This document shows positions 49,061 to 64,000 of a stretch of DNA of 64,000 nucleotides, one piece after another. Every line of letters starts with the position of its first letter. Positions within the stretch are counted from its first letter, which is position 1. The stretch is from NCBI RefSeq assembly GCF_009914755.1, contig NC_060935.1, one strand, 5' to 3'. The stretch is from the human T2T-CHM13v2.0 reference genome, Homo sapiens. Position numbers and translations under genes: made by a program. Under the pieces are notes generated by a model. The model searched no databases. It worked only from the letters and a program-made list of their open reading frames with translations, and was not told the DNA's origin.

Positions 49061-49402
49061 TCATATATATATATGTGAATATATAAATGAATATATATGT
49101 GAATGTAAAAATGAATATATGTGAATATATATATGAATATATATGTGAATATATGTGTATATGAATATATGAATATATGTGAATATATGTGAATATATGA
49201 ATATGAATATATATATGTGAAAATATATATGAATATATGAATATGTATGTGAACATATATGTGAATATATATGAATATATGTGAATATATATGAATATAT
49301 GAATATATGTGAACATATATGAATACATGAATATATGTGAATATATGAATATATGTGAATATATATGAATATATGTGAATGTATATATGAATATATACAT
49401 AT
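49061..49402. repeat. AT-rich simple repeat array (atatatgtga / atatga units)
   Basis: ~340 bp low-complexity tract; source of spurious Y/I/H-rich ORFs. Confidence 0.95.
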
Positions 49403-50461
49403 GATTTCAACTTTGAAATTTCCTTTGAACTGGTTGTAACATCTTACTAATCTTACTAGTTCCCTCATAAACGATTTAAACAAAATATTTCACGTGTTTA
49501 TATTTGCATGAGAGTCATAATTTTACCTTTTTCCAAAAAAATCCTTTAACAGCTTATAGGATATATAGCAACACAGTTTAGAATTTGATGCTCACTATCT
49601 GAATGGTTTACGCCAAACTATAATGGAAGTGGAGGTGGTATTTTGTTAAACGGCCTTGGTTTCTGGTGTCTTCAGCAGCTGTACTATGTTCTACTGGTGA
49701 AAGTTGTAGATAATTCATATATGAAAGTTGCTTAAGAAAAAACAACTGTACTAAACAAGCAAATGCAAGTAAATGATATTGAGATTCTTGAGTATTCACA
49801 GAACTAGAAATACTGCTTTTTGTTAAGGGACATTTCTTTCTTACTCTCTTATAATGCAGGAAAAGTCCAGGAATGGGGTAGTGAGTTCTACCAGCAATTT
49901 CCCTTTGCATGAGTAGAGACAGTACATCCTTTGTGATCAGACGTCCTTTGCAACTCTGCTTTTCCTTTCCACTTTTCAAGGACTTAACTGTGTCTTTGCT
50001 GTGCTTCCACAACACTCTCCAAATCTCTCTTCTAGCACTGATTGTACTGCATTGTAATTCTTGATTTTTCTATCTACCTTACCAGACTGAGTTCCATGAG
50101 AAGACAGAATAAGTCATTTTCTCTGTATGACTTCAGTTGGTGAATGCAATATATGATGAGTTGTCTGGTTAAATATTTACAAAAATTAAGATCATAAACT
50201 GAAGATTGGGTGTATAGTATTAGCTAGTGGACTAATGGATTTCAGCTCCTATCAGATTCAGGTATATGGAAGGTGTACAATCTTCAAGTATTACAATGTT
50301 CAACTATAAGATTAAGAAGGAAAACAATGACAAACTAGCATACATCTATTTTTAAACTGGTCCACATGGATATGACTTTGATAGCTGTCATTATTTTAAT
50401 AAATAATCTTATAAAATATTTTTAAAGTATTTTTGAGACATGACCAAATTAGAATAATTAC

Positions 50462-50571
50462 CTTTGAACAGTATTTATTTTCTCTTCATCATTTCCTTGA
50501 TCCATTACAGAGACCCAGTGATCATAGAGATCTGATGAAAAAATACTTCCTGGAATATTTCGCAGAAAATC
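50462..50571 (-). CDS. ARHGAP20: ARHGAP20 RhoGAP exon (DFLRNIPGSIFSSDLYDHWVSVMDQGNDEEKINTVQ)
   Basis: tatttaag|GAT ... CAAAG|gtaatt; 110 bp, phase 0 to 2; completes the LK-DFLR..P motif. Confidence 0.93.
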
Positions 50572-53073
50572 CTTAAATAGATGGAAAAACAAATATTTCA
50601 AATAATTATCCTCATGCCAAATATGTATTAGAGAAAGTAGAAGACATTTTGTTGAAAAGTTCCCTTACGTACTCTCTTCTGTGAACTACACAGAGCTCTG
50701 CGCCAACTCTCCATTGACTTGGGGACACAGAAACATGTACTTTGATTTTCTTATAGCAAAGATCATTGGGATAACTGGAGTCTTCATTACGGTGGGAAAA
50801 TAAAGGACAACTCATTTGGCTGAAACTTACTGTTTGCATATATTTTAGTGAACTAGTATGACATGACAAGGTCTGGCAGTAAACCATCCTAAATTCCTTT
50901 TCCCCTGTCCCTTAGACAGCTAGTTCAAGGAAATGTACCAAGGTATCTATGAGGTTCATTGTCTGGTAGTCATTCATTGAATCATTCTACATGCATTTAT
51001 TCATATGTGCCAAGCACTATTTAAGTTGCTAGGGATAGAGAAGTGACTAAAACAAAGTCTCTGTTATCTTGGAACTTTATATTCCAGTGTTATTAGTGCA
51101 AAATTGCATCAAGAGGTACTTAAGGTTTCTCCCTGTATTCCCTGTAGAAAGGCTCTCATATATTTGGAGAGAGAGAGCATTTCAGGTGATGGCTGGGTTC
51201 TAGAAATTTAGGCAGCACACTCATGCCTGATGTATGCTAAATAACATGTCCACAGGATATTATCCTTTTCTAGGAGACCCTATTCTACTGAGACCACTGG
51301 CAGGGCTGAGTGTGGTAAGGCTGAACTATGACACAAACAGGATATGACCAAGTATGTTTGTTGTTTAGCTTTTGTTGTTTGGCTTTTGTTTACAAAAAGC
51401 TTAAAAATAACAAAATTTGGTTCTTGTCCTGGTCCTACAGAGTTGATTCTAGGCCAACTGTCTCTCTTGCTTTTGGTATGGCATTACCAAGGTCAAGCTT
51501 GCAGTCTGATCTCCACCTTAGTAAACTTTAGGCAGAGTAAACTCAATATCGTGTTTAAGTACCATACACATGGTTGGCTACCCTCTTGCAATTTCATGCT
51601 TGCAACATGAGGACAGGTGAAAGTCTGCAATTGGGCAATTTTACCTCTTGCTAAACCAAATAAATAATTTTATCTATGTGCCTTATTGAAGGCAACACAC
51701 AACTTGTTACTTAGATATCATGTTTATAACAGTAATATAGAAGCTGTGATAACTTATTGTTACAATCAGCTGATTATGTGGGCATCTTCCCCACTTGCTT
51801 ATGAGCTCCTCCAGGGTAGGGACAGACCCTTCTTTGTACATGTCAATGCCAAGCACAGTCCTAGCCATAGTAGAGGACATTAGTGAACTGCTGCTAAATT
51901 GCATATGGCCAAATATTAATGGGAGCCAAGAGAAGGCCAATCAACTGTAACTGAGATTTTAAGATAATTTGAAAAGCCTCTTTGTAGTCATGTCACTTTA
52001 TTACTATCCTTTTTTTTTTAGAATGTTTAACAAGAAGGAAGAATGACTAATTCAAAGTCTTCTTCTGTTCTATTATATCTTCTAGCAGAAATGTACCTGC
52101 ATGCTTGTGATTCAGGTATATCATTACAAAAGTTACCTCTTTTTGGGTAAAGTGATTGAATTTTCATAATTCCAAACTAATTTTAGCTGCTGTACCCACT
52201 TTAGAAGTTAGATTTAGAAGAAGCAAAATCTGTTATTTCAAAATGTGGTAGGGACAATAGCTCTCTTTTTAAATCTCAGTGGAAAACATACTTATGATCT
52301 GTCTTGAAGAAAAACATCATTAACATCTTAAACCTACACTTGAAAGATAATAACTCGTAACATCTCAATGAACTCTCCCACAGCTGGAATAACAAGTTAC
52401 GAAATACAACCATCATCACAGCTGAGAAGGATGTGAGAGCCGATTCTGCACTGCAATCACCAGCTCACAGCACTTAGTTGAATGTCTCCTCTCCTCCAAA
52501 ACCAGAGCCAAGGCCATCAGCAGAACCCTCAAAGTCATCTGAGATGAGATACTGCAGGATTAAATATGAACTTTTCCTCAATGGTTTGATGGATCAAAGT
52601 TATAGTGTCTTCAGCAATTTTTATCCAATTATAGTTTGAAGAGTTAAGCTATAACTTAAACTTACATTTAAGCAAAACCAGCATAAGTGAAAAAAAGTAC
52701 CACTTCAAAACAGATTCAAAAACAAGAAATAAAACAAAAGCTTAAGAACTTTTGCTAAAAATTATCTCCCTTTCTGCAACCACTTGGAAGAAAAGGGGGT
52801 AAAACATACGATAAAATGTTAATTACTTGGAACACATTTAACCAGACTTTTCAATCATTTGGATCATTTTTTGCCTTTTGGTTATTTTTGGACAAATATT
52901 TCTGCAATTTGAAACATAATTTAACTCTTCTAGAACCATGCTTCTTTGCAATAGCATCAATAGTTTAGCACAAAATTTTAAGAAGTGTAATGCTATGAAG
53001 AATAGCATAGTAAGAAATTTTTTTTTCTGCAAACATTCTTGGTTGTTAAAGAAAATTGTTTTAAAACACAAGC

Positions 53074-53388
<315 letters not shown>

Positions 53389-54084
53389 TTATCATGCATA
53401 AAAAACCTTGGCATATATATCTGGCTACATATTTTTACATATGCATATTTGTATTTTACATATACATATTTTTATTGTGTTCCAGGATTGAAGAGTAATC
53501 ATAAACCCTGTGCAAAACAGATGAGGTGACCTTAGCTTCAACCCTCCAGTTCTCTTGCATGATATCTAATTGCAAAAATTTATAGCAGGGTTTAAGAGCA
53601 GATATGGCTTATTTATCCAGAAACATCTGATTGTATATAAAGTCATGAAGTAACATTCTGTAAGCACCTGGGCACTCAGCTGGAGTAGGGGTATGCAAGA
53701 ATCTTCTTCACCATATTTTCCTTAACTTGGTTTTCACGTTTCAGCCTGAGATACAGGCTGGGGCCTTGTCTCGACCCCTAGCTCTGGTGCATTCCAATCC
53801 TTTGGGAGGTGAGAGCCTGACACAGGTCTGCAGAAGATACTGCTAAGGTCAAAAGCTCTGCTTAAAGCTCATTTTGACTGTAGGTGTTTCCAAAAATGTA
53901 GAGCATTTCCAAGAATGTGGGGGCAGAAAACATTTTAGAACTCTCTATCTCTGTAACCATGGATGTGACTTAAGTAACAATGGGTAAAGTGTAAGAACCA
54001 CAAAGAATGCCAAGTGTGGTAAAAGTAAAGGAAAACTTAGATGCTGAAGTCATTCTTACTCCACTTTTAAAGTAAAAGGCATTA

Positions 54085-54440
<356 letters not shown>

Positions 54441-54893
54441 TTATTTCAATTGTGAGCCAAATGTTTATTATGGCAAACTTCTTTAACTGTTTTCAAATGT
54501 CTAATGTTTATATTTGAAAACTGCCTTCATTAAGAAGGTAGTAAGAGAGTGAGGAAATCATAAGCAGGATGTCTGTTTTGGTATACGTGTGTTTTTTGAT
54601 TTTTTAAACTTACAATTTTTATTTTTTACATGGAGTGGCAGAAGTAAAGATGAGATTAGTGTAGGATAAAAATTTAAAAAGCATATCTGATATGTCATAT
54701 CATCAGTGGTAGCTTTTAAAGTCCAATGTTGACTTTGTGAAATGTTTTTATAACACTTTTTAGTGTTAAAAATTATGTTAATAAATCTATTATGGGTCTT
54801 TGCAAATAGAAATAATGTTCATAATGAAAAAGTAAAACACCCTCTTTCTCTAGAGCTACACCATGGGGTGGATAAAGGGATGACTCTTCTTAC

Positions 54894-55055
54894 CTTTAAG
54901 ACAGATGCTATCACAAAAATAGATTCACAGTCTAGGTGTACTTCGACTCCAGAATTCAATTTCTCTTTTAGTTCTCTGCAGGATTTCACATTGGCTGATT
55001 GCCTGAAGATACCTTTGGTGAGAGGTCCTTTTTGATTAAGAAAGAAAAGCATATC
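54894..55055 (-). CDS. ARHGAP20: ARHGAP20 RhoGAP exon with arginine finger (DMLFFLNQKGPLTKGIFRQSAN...IASVLK)
   Basis: ccccatag|GAT ... AAG|gtaaga; 162 bp, phase 0 to 0; GIFR motif. Confidence 0.95.
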
Positions 55056-55214
55056 CTATGGGGAAGCAAAGGAAAATAAACAAAATGACACTTCCACACA
55101 CACAAGGGAATGTACACTTGCCCTCTTTGGATGCCAGAGGCTAGGGTGCGCTAGGGTAAAAGCACTGAAGGATTGGAGCTAAATAAATGGCCGGAAAAAT
55201 TAAAGTCACCTTTT

Positions 55215-55405
55215 TGGAGAGTGGAAGGGTGGTTACCAGGGGCTGGGGGTGGTGGTGAGCAGGTTGGGGAGATGTTGGTCAAAGGATACAAAATTTCAGT
55301 TAGGAGGAATAAGGTCACATGATCTATTATATAACATTATGATTATAGTTAATAATGCATTATATTCCTAAAAATTGCTCAGAGAGTGAATTTTAAGTGT
55401 TCTCT
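55215..55405 (+). mobile_element. L1MA/MB 3' end fragment
   Basis: 'gtggttaccaggggctgggg...ttggtcaaaggatacaaaatttcagttaggaggaataag'. Confidence 0.8.
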
Positions 55406-56222
55406 AATTTTCCTTTCTATCACTACGTCCTGCTTACAGTGTAAGAAGAGAATGGGTTTTGAAGACAAGCAATCCATGGGATCCAAAACCTAGTTATGCC
55501 ACTTGGTTACTGTGTAACATTGAGTGCAGTACTGAGGCTTTAAAACAATTTGTAAACGGATGAGATGATGACATGATAACAACTATCCCCTAAATTTGTT
55601 GTGAAGAATAAATAAAGTGGCTAGACAAGTGTCTTGCATTTATAGATGCATAATATAGTATAAAATGCCATATATGTAGTATAGTGCTTGAAGGATACTA
55701 GAGACTCAATACTGCTTAGCAGTGATTATTTAAAATATCAACTGGAGATAATATAAACCCAGTGGCTTTCATCTGACCCACTCTATATACAAAAGATAAA
55801 TAAATGCCAGGGAATGTATCTTTATGCGTGAGCACTTGAAATATAAATAAAACGGATTTAAAAACCTAAGTGTAGGATCGAGTAGTTTCTGTTGCTACAA
55901 TGATCAAAGAAGACTTTGAGAACAATGTGACGTTCAAGAAAGGATTTGTGAGGAATAATGTGAATTCTGTCTGCAGGGCAAATTCTGCTTTATCTGAGAA
56001 AGCTTACGTGGCTCTTTCCTAGGTTATTTCTTCCCATTATGTCTTCCTTCTGATTTCACAGTAGCTAAATCAGATTTTGTTATTTGGAGGAATAATAGTG
56101 AAGATTCTTAGCCAAAGACAGTGGTGTCTATAATTTTTCCATTTGGGGACAGATTTACCTCGCAGAGCTCTCCTTTCCCAAACACCCTTTCCCATCAGTT
56201 TACAGACCAAAATGAGCCTTAC

Positions 56223-56401
56223 CAAGACAGGTTTGGGCAGATTGTCATTCTCACAAATATTTGGCAGAGAAATTCCAAAGAGCTGTCCTGGCATAGGTGA
56301 TGTTGGCGATGAGGGCAAGTTGTCCAGGTGAGTGCTAGAACCTCGCCAGAAGGCCCAGTTTATGATAGATCTTCTCCTTTTAAATGTCTTATGACCTGAA
56401 T
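56223..56401 (-). CDS. ARHGAP20: ARHGAP20 exon leading into RhoGAP domain (DSGHKTFKRRRSIINWAFWR...QLFGISL...LPKPVL)
   Basis: cttccttag|AT ... TTG|gtaagg; 179 bp, phase 1 to 0; LFGxxL motif at RhoGAP start. Confidence 0.9.
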
Positions 56402-58666
56402 CTAAGGAAGAAGTGAGCTTATTAGAAAAATGAGTTTCATTCACTTAATCTTATTTCTATAACTTCCATTTTATGGTATGTTTGTTGCTATGGCTCAAAG
56501 AGAAAAAGATGCTAATAGATGGCTTTTGTCATTGACAATTCAACCTATAAAATTTCATTTCGTCTTTCATCTTATAAATGAAAGATGAATCAATGAAGGA
56601 AGAATCAAATGTTTGGGTTCTTCTCCCATCCAGTTTTTGGACATCACTGGTCTGTTTACTTGAATTTTGGCACTACATTTTCAAAGGTGAAAGACTCCCT
56701 TATTGAACTGTAACACCTAAAAGCAAAAAGCGTTTCATACAAACCCATTTATTTTCCCATTTTAAAGATGAGACTAAGCATACAAAAAGTTTAAATAAGA
56801 CTATAGTTAAATACTGAGAAAAAAGAAAGTGTGAAGAGGGAAAGATAAAGGTGGAAGGGGAAGTAGGAGTAAGAGAAGGACAAGATGAAAGCGAAAAGGA
56901 GGAAGAAAAAGGAAGAAGGAAGAGAAGGGAAGAGGGGAGGAGAAGAAAGAGGAGAGGAGTTTTCTCTGTTAAGATGTTCGTTAGAAATAAAGAATCCTTT
57001 AGTATCTGACATACTACTCTCCTCTTGAGAACACAGACAGGAAGCTAATGTCCTAAAGTTTTTTCCTTTCTTTGCAACTGTAGACTTTTATGTTTCTTTT
57101 CAGTTCTTGACTTTAAAGTATGTTTAAGGAAGCATGGATGGACACAAACATGAAGTTTATAATCTACTAGGGATGAAGAACTGGTCAGGGTGAGGAGAAA
57201 AGCAAGTATGTTAATAAATATAATGTCATGAGGTAGGAACAAAGTACTAAAAGCATTCAGAGGAAAGTAAATCACATCTGGTCAATAAGATGGAGGGGGT
57301 GATCTTGGGGGTGTTTGCATTTGACTTGGATTTTGAATGAACAAGATTTTAACAGATAGAGCATCTGGCATAGTGCCTTCCATCTAGTGAGTACTCACTA
57401 AATTGTTATTAAACAATAATTGAAATTGAGGAGGGATTTAAGTAGAAAAAGACAACATGAAAAAGAACAGGCAGAAGAAAGGTCAACAGTAAGGTATGGT
57501 TTTATACCATAGTGCCGAAATGTTTTTGGTGTCATTTGTGTCTAATTTTAACATGAAGTTTAACAGGTTTGCTTATGATTTAATACATAAAAATCTCTTT
57601 AAGGTTACACTTTTAAAAGTGGCTGACCTCTCTGTCCCCTCTTCCCAACAGATACACACAAGTAACAACTATAAACTCTGGAAAACCAACCAAAATAAAC
57701 CTAGCTGAAGGCACTAAAGAGTGAGCAAAAGAAGGTAGATATAGAGGTCAAAGTGTGACACTTGGATGAAGGGAATGGCATAGCACTGGGTGAGTTTTCT
57801 AATCTTACAGCTTTTAGGCTGAGGGCAGGCCCCCGGGTAATGGGGGTGACTAAAAGTTGAGAAGAAACCTACTCTTACTGGCTTGAAGAACTAGAGAAGG
57901 GAGACAGAGGTACCCACAGCTGGAAAGTGAGGGGGGATCCCAGAAAGAAGAAAGCCTGATAGTGGGAGCCCTAAATACTATGTATAAATTCTGCCCACAT
58001 CTCTGGCTAACCCCTGAAGCTTGCATTCACAGGGGCAGATTCAAAAGAGCTTGCAATTAAGGTTGACAGAACTGAGATTTGAGGAGCCATAATGCCTAGG
58101 CAGTACCCACTCATGGCTTGACTCCATTTTCTCCAGTGAGAGTGCACGATAATTGGTAATTAGACTGGCTGTGTGGCATTGTTCCTTATGACACCAAACT
58201 AAAACAGAGATGTTCCCAACATTCCCTGATAATGAAATACTGAAGGATTGATCTTTTAAAGGACACAGTCAGCAGTCTTGTCATTTCAGTGGAATTAGAC
58301 ATGTTAATTCCAAAGAAGTCTTCTATATTGTTGGCTACCTTAGCATTTTATTTCCTTAGAATAAACTACTTAACTAAATATTTAAAAAGCCAAGTTGTGG
58401 GAGGATAAATAAGTAAGCAACGTTTTACCAAATGGCCTTAAGATCATCATCTACACATCACTTCCTTGAAATACAGCAAATGCATCATCAATGTACACAC
58501 ACAGGTATGTAAAGCTCTTTGGCTCTAGAGTCAGGAGCCTCTCTGCACTCCCAGTTCAGAAACTTATTTGGACCAAGTTACTTAACCTCTTTTCTTTCCT
58601 CAACCTTAAAATGTAAAGGATATGAATTAGCCCTCAAAGGCTTATTGAAAGGATTGTATAGGATAA

Positions 58667-61548
<2,882 letters not shown>

Positions 61549-61724
61549 AAAAACTGAAAAGGAAACTAAACCTTTTCTGAAGTCCAGGAAGGGGTTCCTG
61601 TACGTCTAGCAAGGTCAATCTATGCAAATATGTGTTTAATATATATGTGAATATGTATTTAATATATATGTGAATATGTATGTTGAGTACTTGTGCTCAG
61701 TCTTGGTTTGCTCACATTTACTTG

Positions 61725-61844
61725 ATTTTTATTTATTATTATTATTTTTTTAGAGATGAGGTCTCACTATGTTTGCCCAGGCTAGTCCCTGCCTCGGCCT
61801 CCCAAAGTGCTGGGATTACAGGCGTGAGCCACTGTACACAGCCC
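61725..61844 (-). mobile_element. Alu monomer (FLAM/AluJ-like) with internal deletion
   Basis: 'gagatgaggtctcactatg...cctcccaaagtgctgggattacaggcgtgagccac'. Confidence 0.8.
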
Positions 61845-62905
61845 TGATTTTATTATTTCTAAAACAATCAAAATAAAAACTTATTTGATTTTTTAGCTTT
61901 CACACATTTAAGAACAATGCTCTGTCAAAAGTTATATACTCAGCTACCCTATGAGTGTTGACAGAGGATAAAGTAGAAATTGAGTCCTTTACTTTATCAT
62001 AAATACTCTCAGCTGTAGCCATGCCTTTTATTATATATACACACGGCATTCAACCTGAGCATTCAGGATTCCTCTGGGACTGAGATAAAAAAATTTCATT
62101 AAAGTTTACTTTCTTACAGAGCTTTTAATGCACACATCTTACTTTCTAAATGTCACAAAGGCTAATGAAAAAACATGCTATTGCTATAAGAAATGAGGGA
62201 TGTAAATGTAAAGCAAACTAAATTCAAGTAAATCTAGTTTTCCTAAATGTCCCTGGCAAGATTCAAGTTAGTGTGTTTATGTGCTTAAATTAGATAATTG
62301 AATGTTAAAAATTACAGTTCTTAAAACGTTGTGTTTATATAATAATAACCATAACAACAAAAAATGTTAGAAATTCTACTCCGGCCATGTAACTCCCCAA
62401 ATTAAGAATATCCCCACCTTTTTTTTTTTTTCCCCTAGAGTAAAAAACACAGAGGTGAATACAGGGTAAACAGAAAAAAAGATGTATCCCATATTTTACC
62501 AGCCACCATAAAATTTCAATTCCAGTTCAGTCCTAGGTCTGAAGCAGGTGTGGAAAGTGAACCTACTTTGGGCATAGAGCTGGGAGTTCAGGACAGACTG
62601 GAACTCCAAGAACTACTTCAGACTACACTCAGAAAGATTCCATTTAATTCCAGAACTCTTCCATTCCACTCAAGTTTTTCCATACTAGGGTTGAGTAAGC
62701 CATTCAATCTTTCATTTAATTTCTACTCTGTTCTATACACTAGACTAAGCCCTGGGATGAGTTCCTAGGTCTTAAGAAGGTCATTGTCTAAAGAGACAAG
62801 TAGATTATATAAACAGATAATCATAATGTGATTTTTTAATGTGTTACACTAGAGATGTGTATGAAGTGCTAACTGCCTGAAGGAACAAAGATTTCCTAGA
62901 AGTAG

Positions 62906-64000
62906 TGATGGCAGCAGCAGGCTGTCTGGAGTGGCTGCTGCCATCACACTGGCTGTAGTGGGGAGGCATGGCCAGGGCTGCAGGATTCATGAAGCTGGCA
63001 GGGGCTGGGGACAAGCAGGAGCCCTGCCCCTTCTGAGTTGGGGTGGGAGGTCCCTTGGGTGCCACTGCAGACACCCAAGCCATGGCTGTGGACCCTGGAA
63101 TCCCTGGGCTCTCAGGACCTGGGAGCAGGTGGGAGCCCTGCCCTCCCGGGTGGAGGTGCAGCCATCTGAGTTGTGGTTGCAGGCCTGAGCTTCCTGCTCC
63201 ACAGAGCAGGTAGGAGCCTTGCCCTCCCAGGAGCTGCACCTGTCCAAGTCATGGCTATAGACCAGACCTCCCTGTGCTCTTGTGTGGGGACAGGTAGGAG
63301 CCCTGCCCTCCCAGGTGTAGCTCCAGTCACCCAAGTCATGGCTGCAGACCCAGGCCTCTTGCTCCATGGAACATGCAGAGCCCCATTCCCCAACACAGCT
63401 GTAGCCAACCAAACTGCAACTGTAGACATAGACATTTCTGTACTCTTGGGGGTCCTTAAGGCCACCCCTGCCCTCACAGGCTCAGAAGTGCCTGCTACCA
63501 TTGCCTGGCTTCTCCCTGCTGTCGGCACCTGCTCTGATCATGGTGCAAAGTTGGGTGAGTCCAAGTGCTGTTGCAGCCCAACCAGGTTGTGCAAACACTT
63601 GGGGCAGTGCTGACATGCCAGCCCCCTGGTGCCTTGGACTGCTCTGGACTTTGGGTGCCAACAAGCATAGGAGGGAAGCCGATCGGGGGCTGAGGCAGCT
63701 CGGTGCTGGCCTGCAGGTGCCCCTTTGCACCTATAGCCTGGGCGCCATGAACAGCAGCAGGAGGCAGAAAGGTTCCTGGGCAGAAGGGGGTGAGTCCCTG
63801 GTGAGGCCTACTTTTAGGCCAGGGAGGGCCTGAAAGCTGGGGGCCAGGCTGCCAGTCCTGTGGACTGGAGTGGGAACTTGTGGTGCTTTTTCTGGGTCTG
63901 CCCATGGCTGCCCATGGACAAATAAGCCAGCTCTTCCTCCCCTCTGAAGTCCATAAAACCCCTAGGCTCAGCCAGAGCTGAGCAGATGTCCTGACAACCA
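62906..64000 (+). mobile_element. ERV1 LTR (MER52-like), runs off the window end
   Basis: Begins TGATGGCAGCAGCAGGCTGTCTGGAG; internal 'ggagccctgccctccc' tandem units; GC-rich. Confidence 0.8.

Noticed and set aside
49042-49483. Three long Y/I/H-rich ORFs
   Set aside because: Translation of the AT-rich simple repeat.
62844-63905. Several 110-146 aa ORFs
   Set aside because: GC-rich LTR internal repeats; no domain similarity recognised.

Overview
Human (primate) genomic DNA, repeat-rich, with no prokaryotic-type systems (no CRISPR, rRNA or tRNA seen). The right third holds the last six coding exons and 3' UTR of ARHGAP20 (RA-RhoGAP) on the minus strand. I reconstructed the exons by hand: GT-AG sites and reading phases are consistent, they encode the RhoGAP domain (GIFR arginine finger) and a long disordered C-terminal tail ending YLTKDI*. 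The left two-thirds is intergenic and dominated by retroelements: an old near-full-length L1 (+), an L1PA-in-L1PA nest whose inner copy has a twin-priming 5' inversion, old L1M/L2/MIR fragments, Alus, MaLR LTRs, an ERV1 solo LTR and a MER6 DNA transposon. The most notable observations are: (i) a frameshifted fossil copy of part of the ARHGAP20 last-exon repeat sitting in its own 3' UTR; (ii) an L1 inversion that points the L1 antisense promoter at an open endonuclease ORF with a stop-start uORF; (iii) a sharp gene-conversion tract and shared rare variants among three L1 copies, two of which bracket the gene's 3' end as inverted repeats; (iv) a candidate cryptic exon that would truncate the GAP domain; (v) duplications with fold-back spacers. 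None is a demonstrated new system; all are hypotheses from sequence alone. Repeat subfamily names are from memory of consensus sequences and are approximate.
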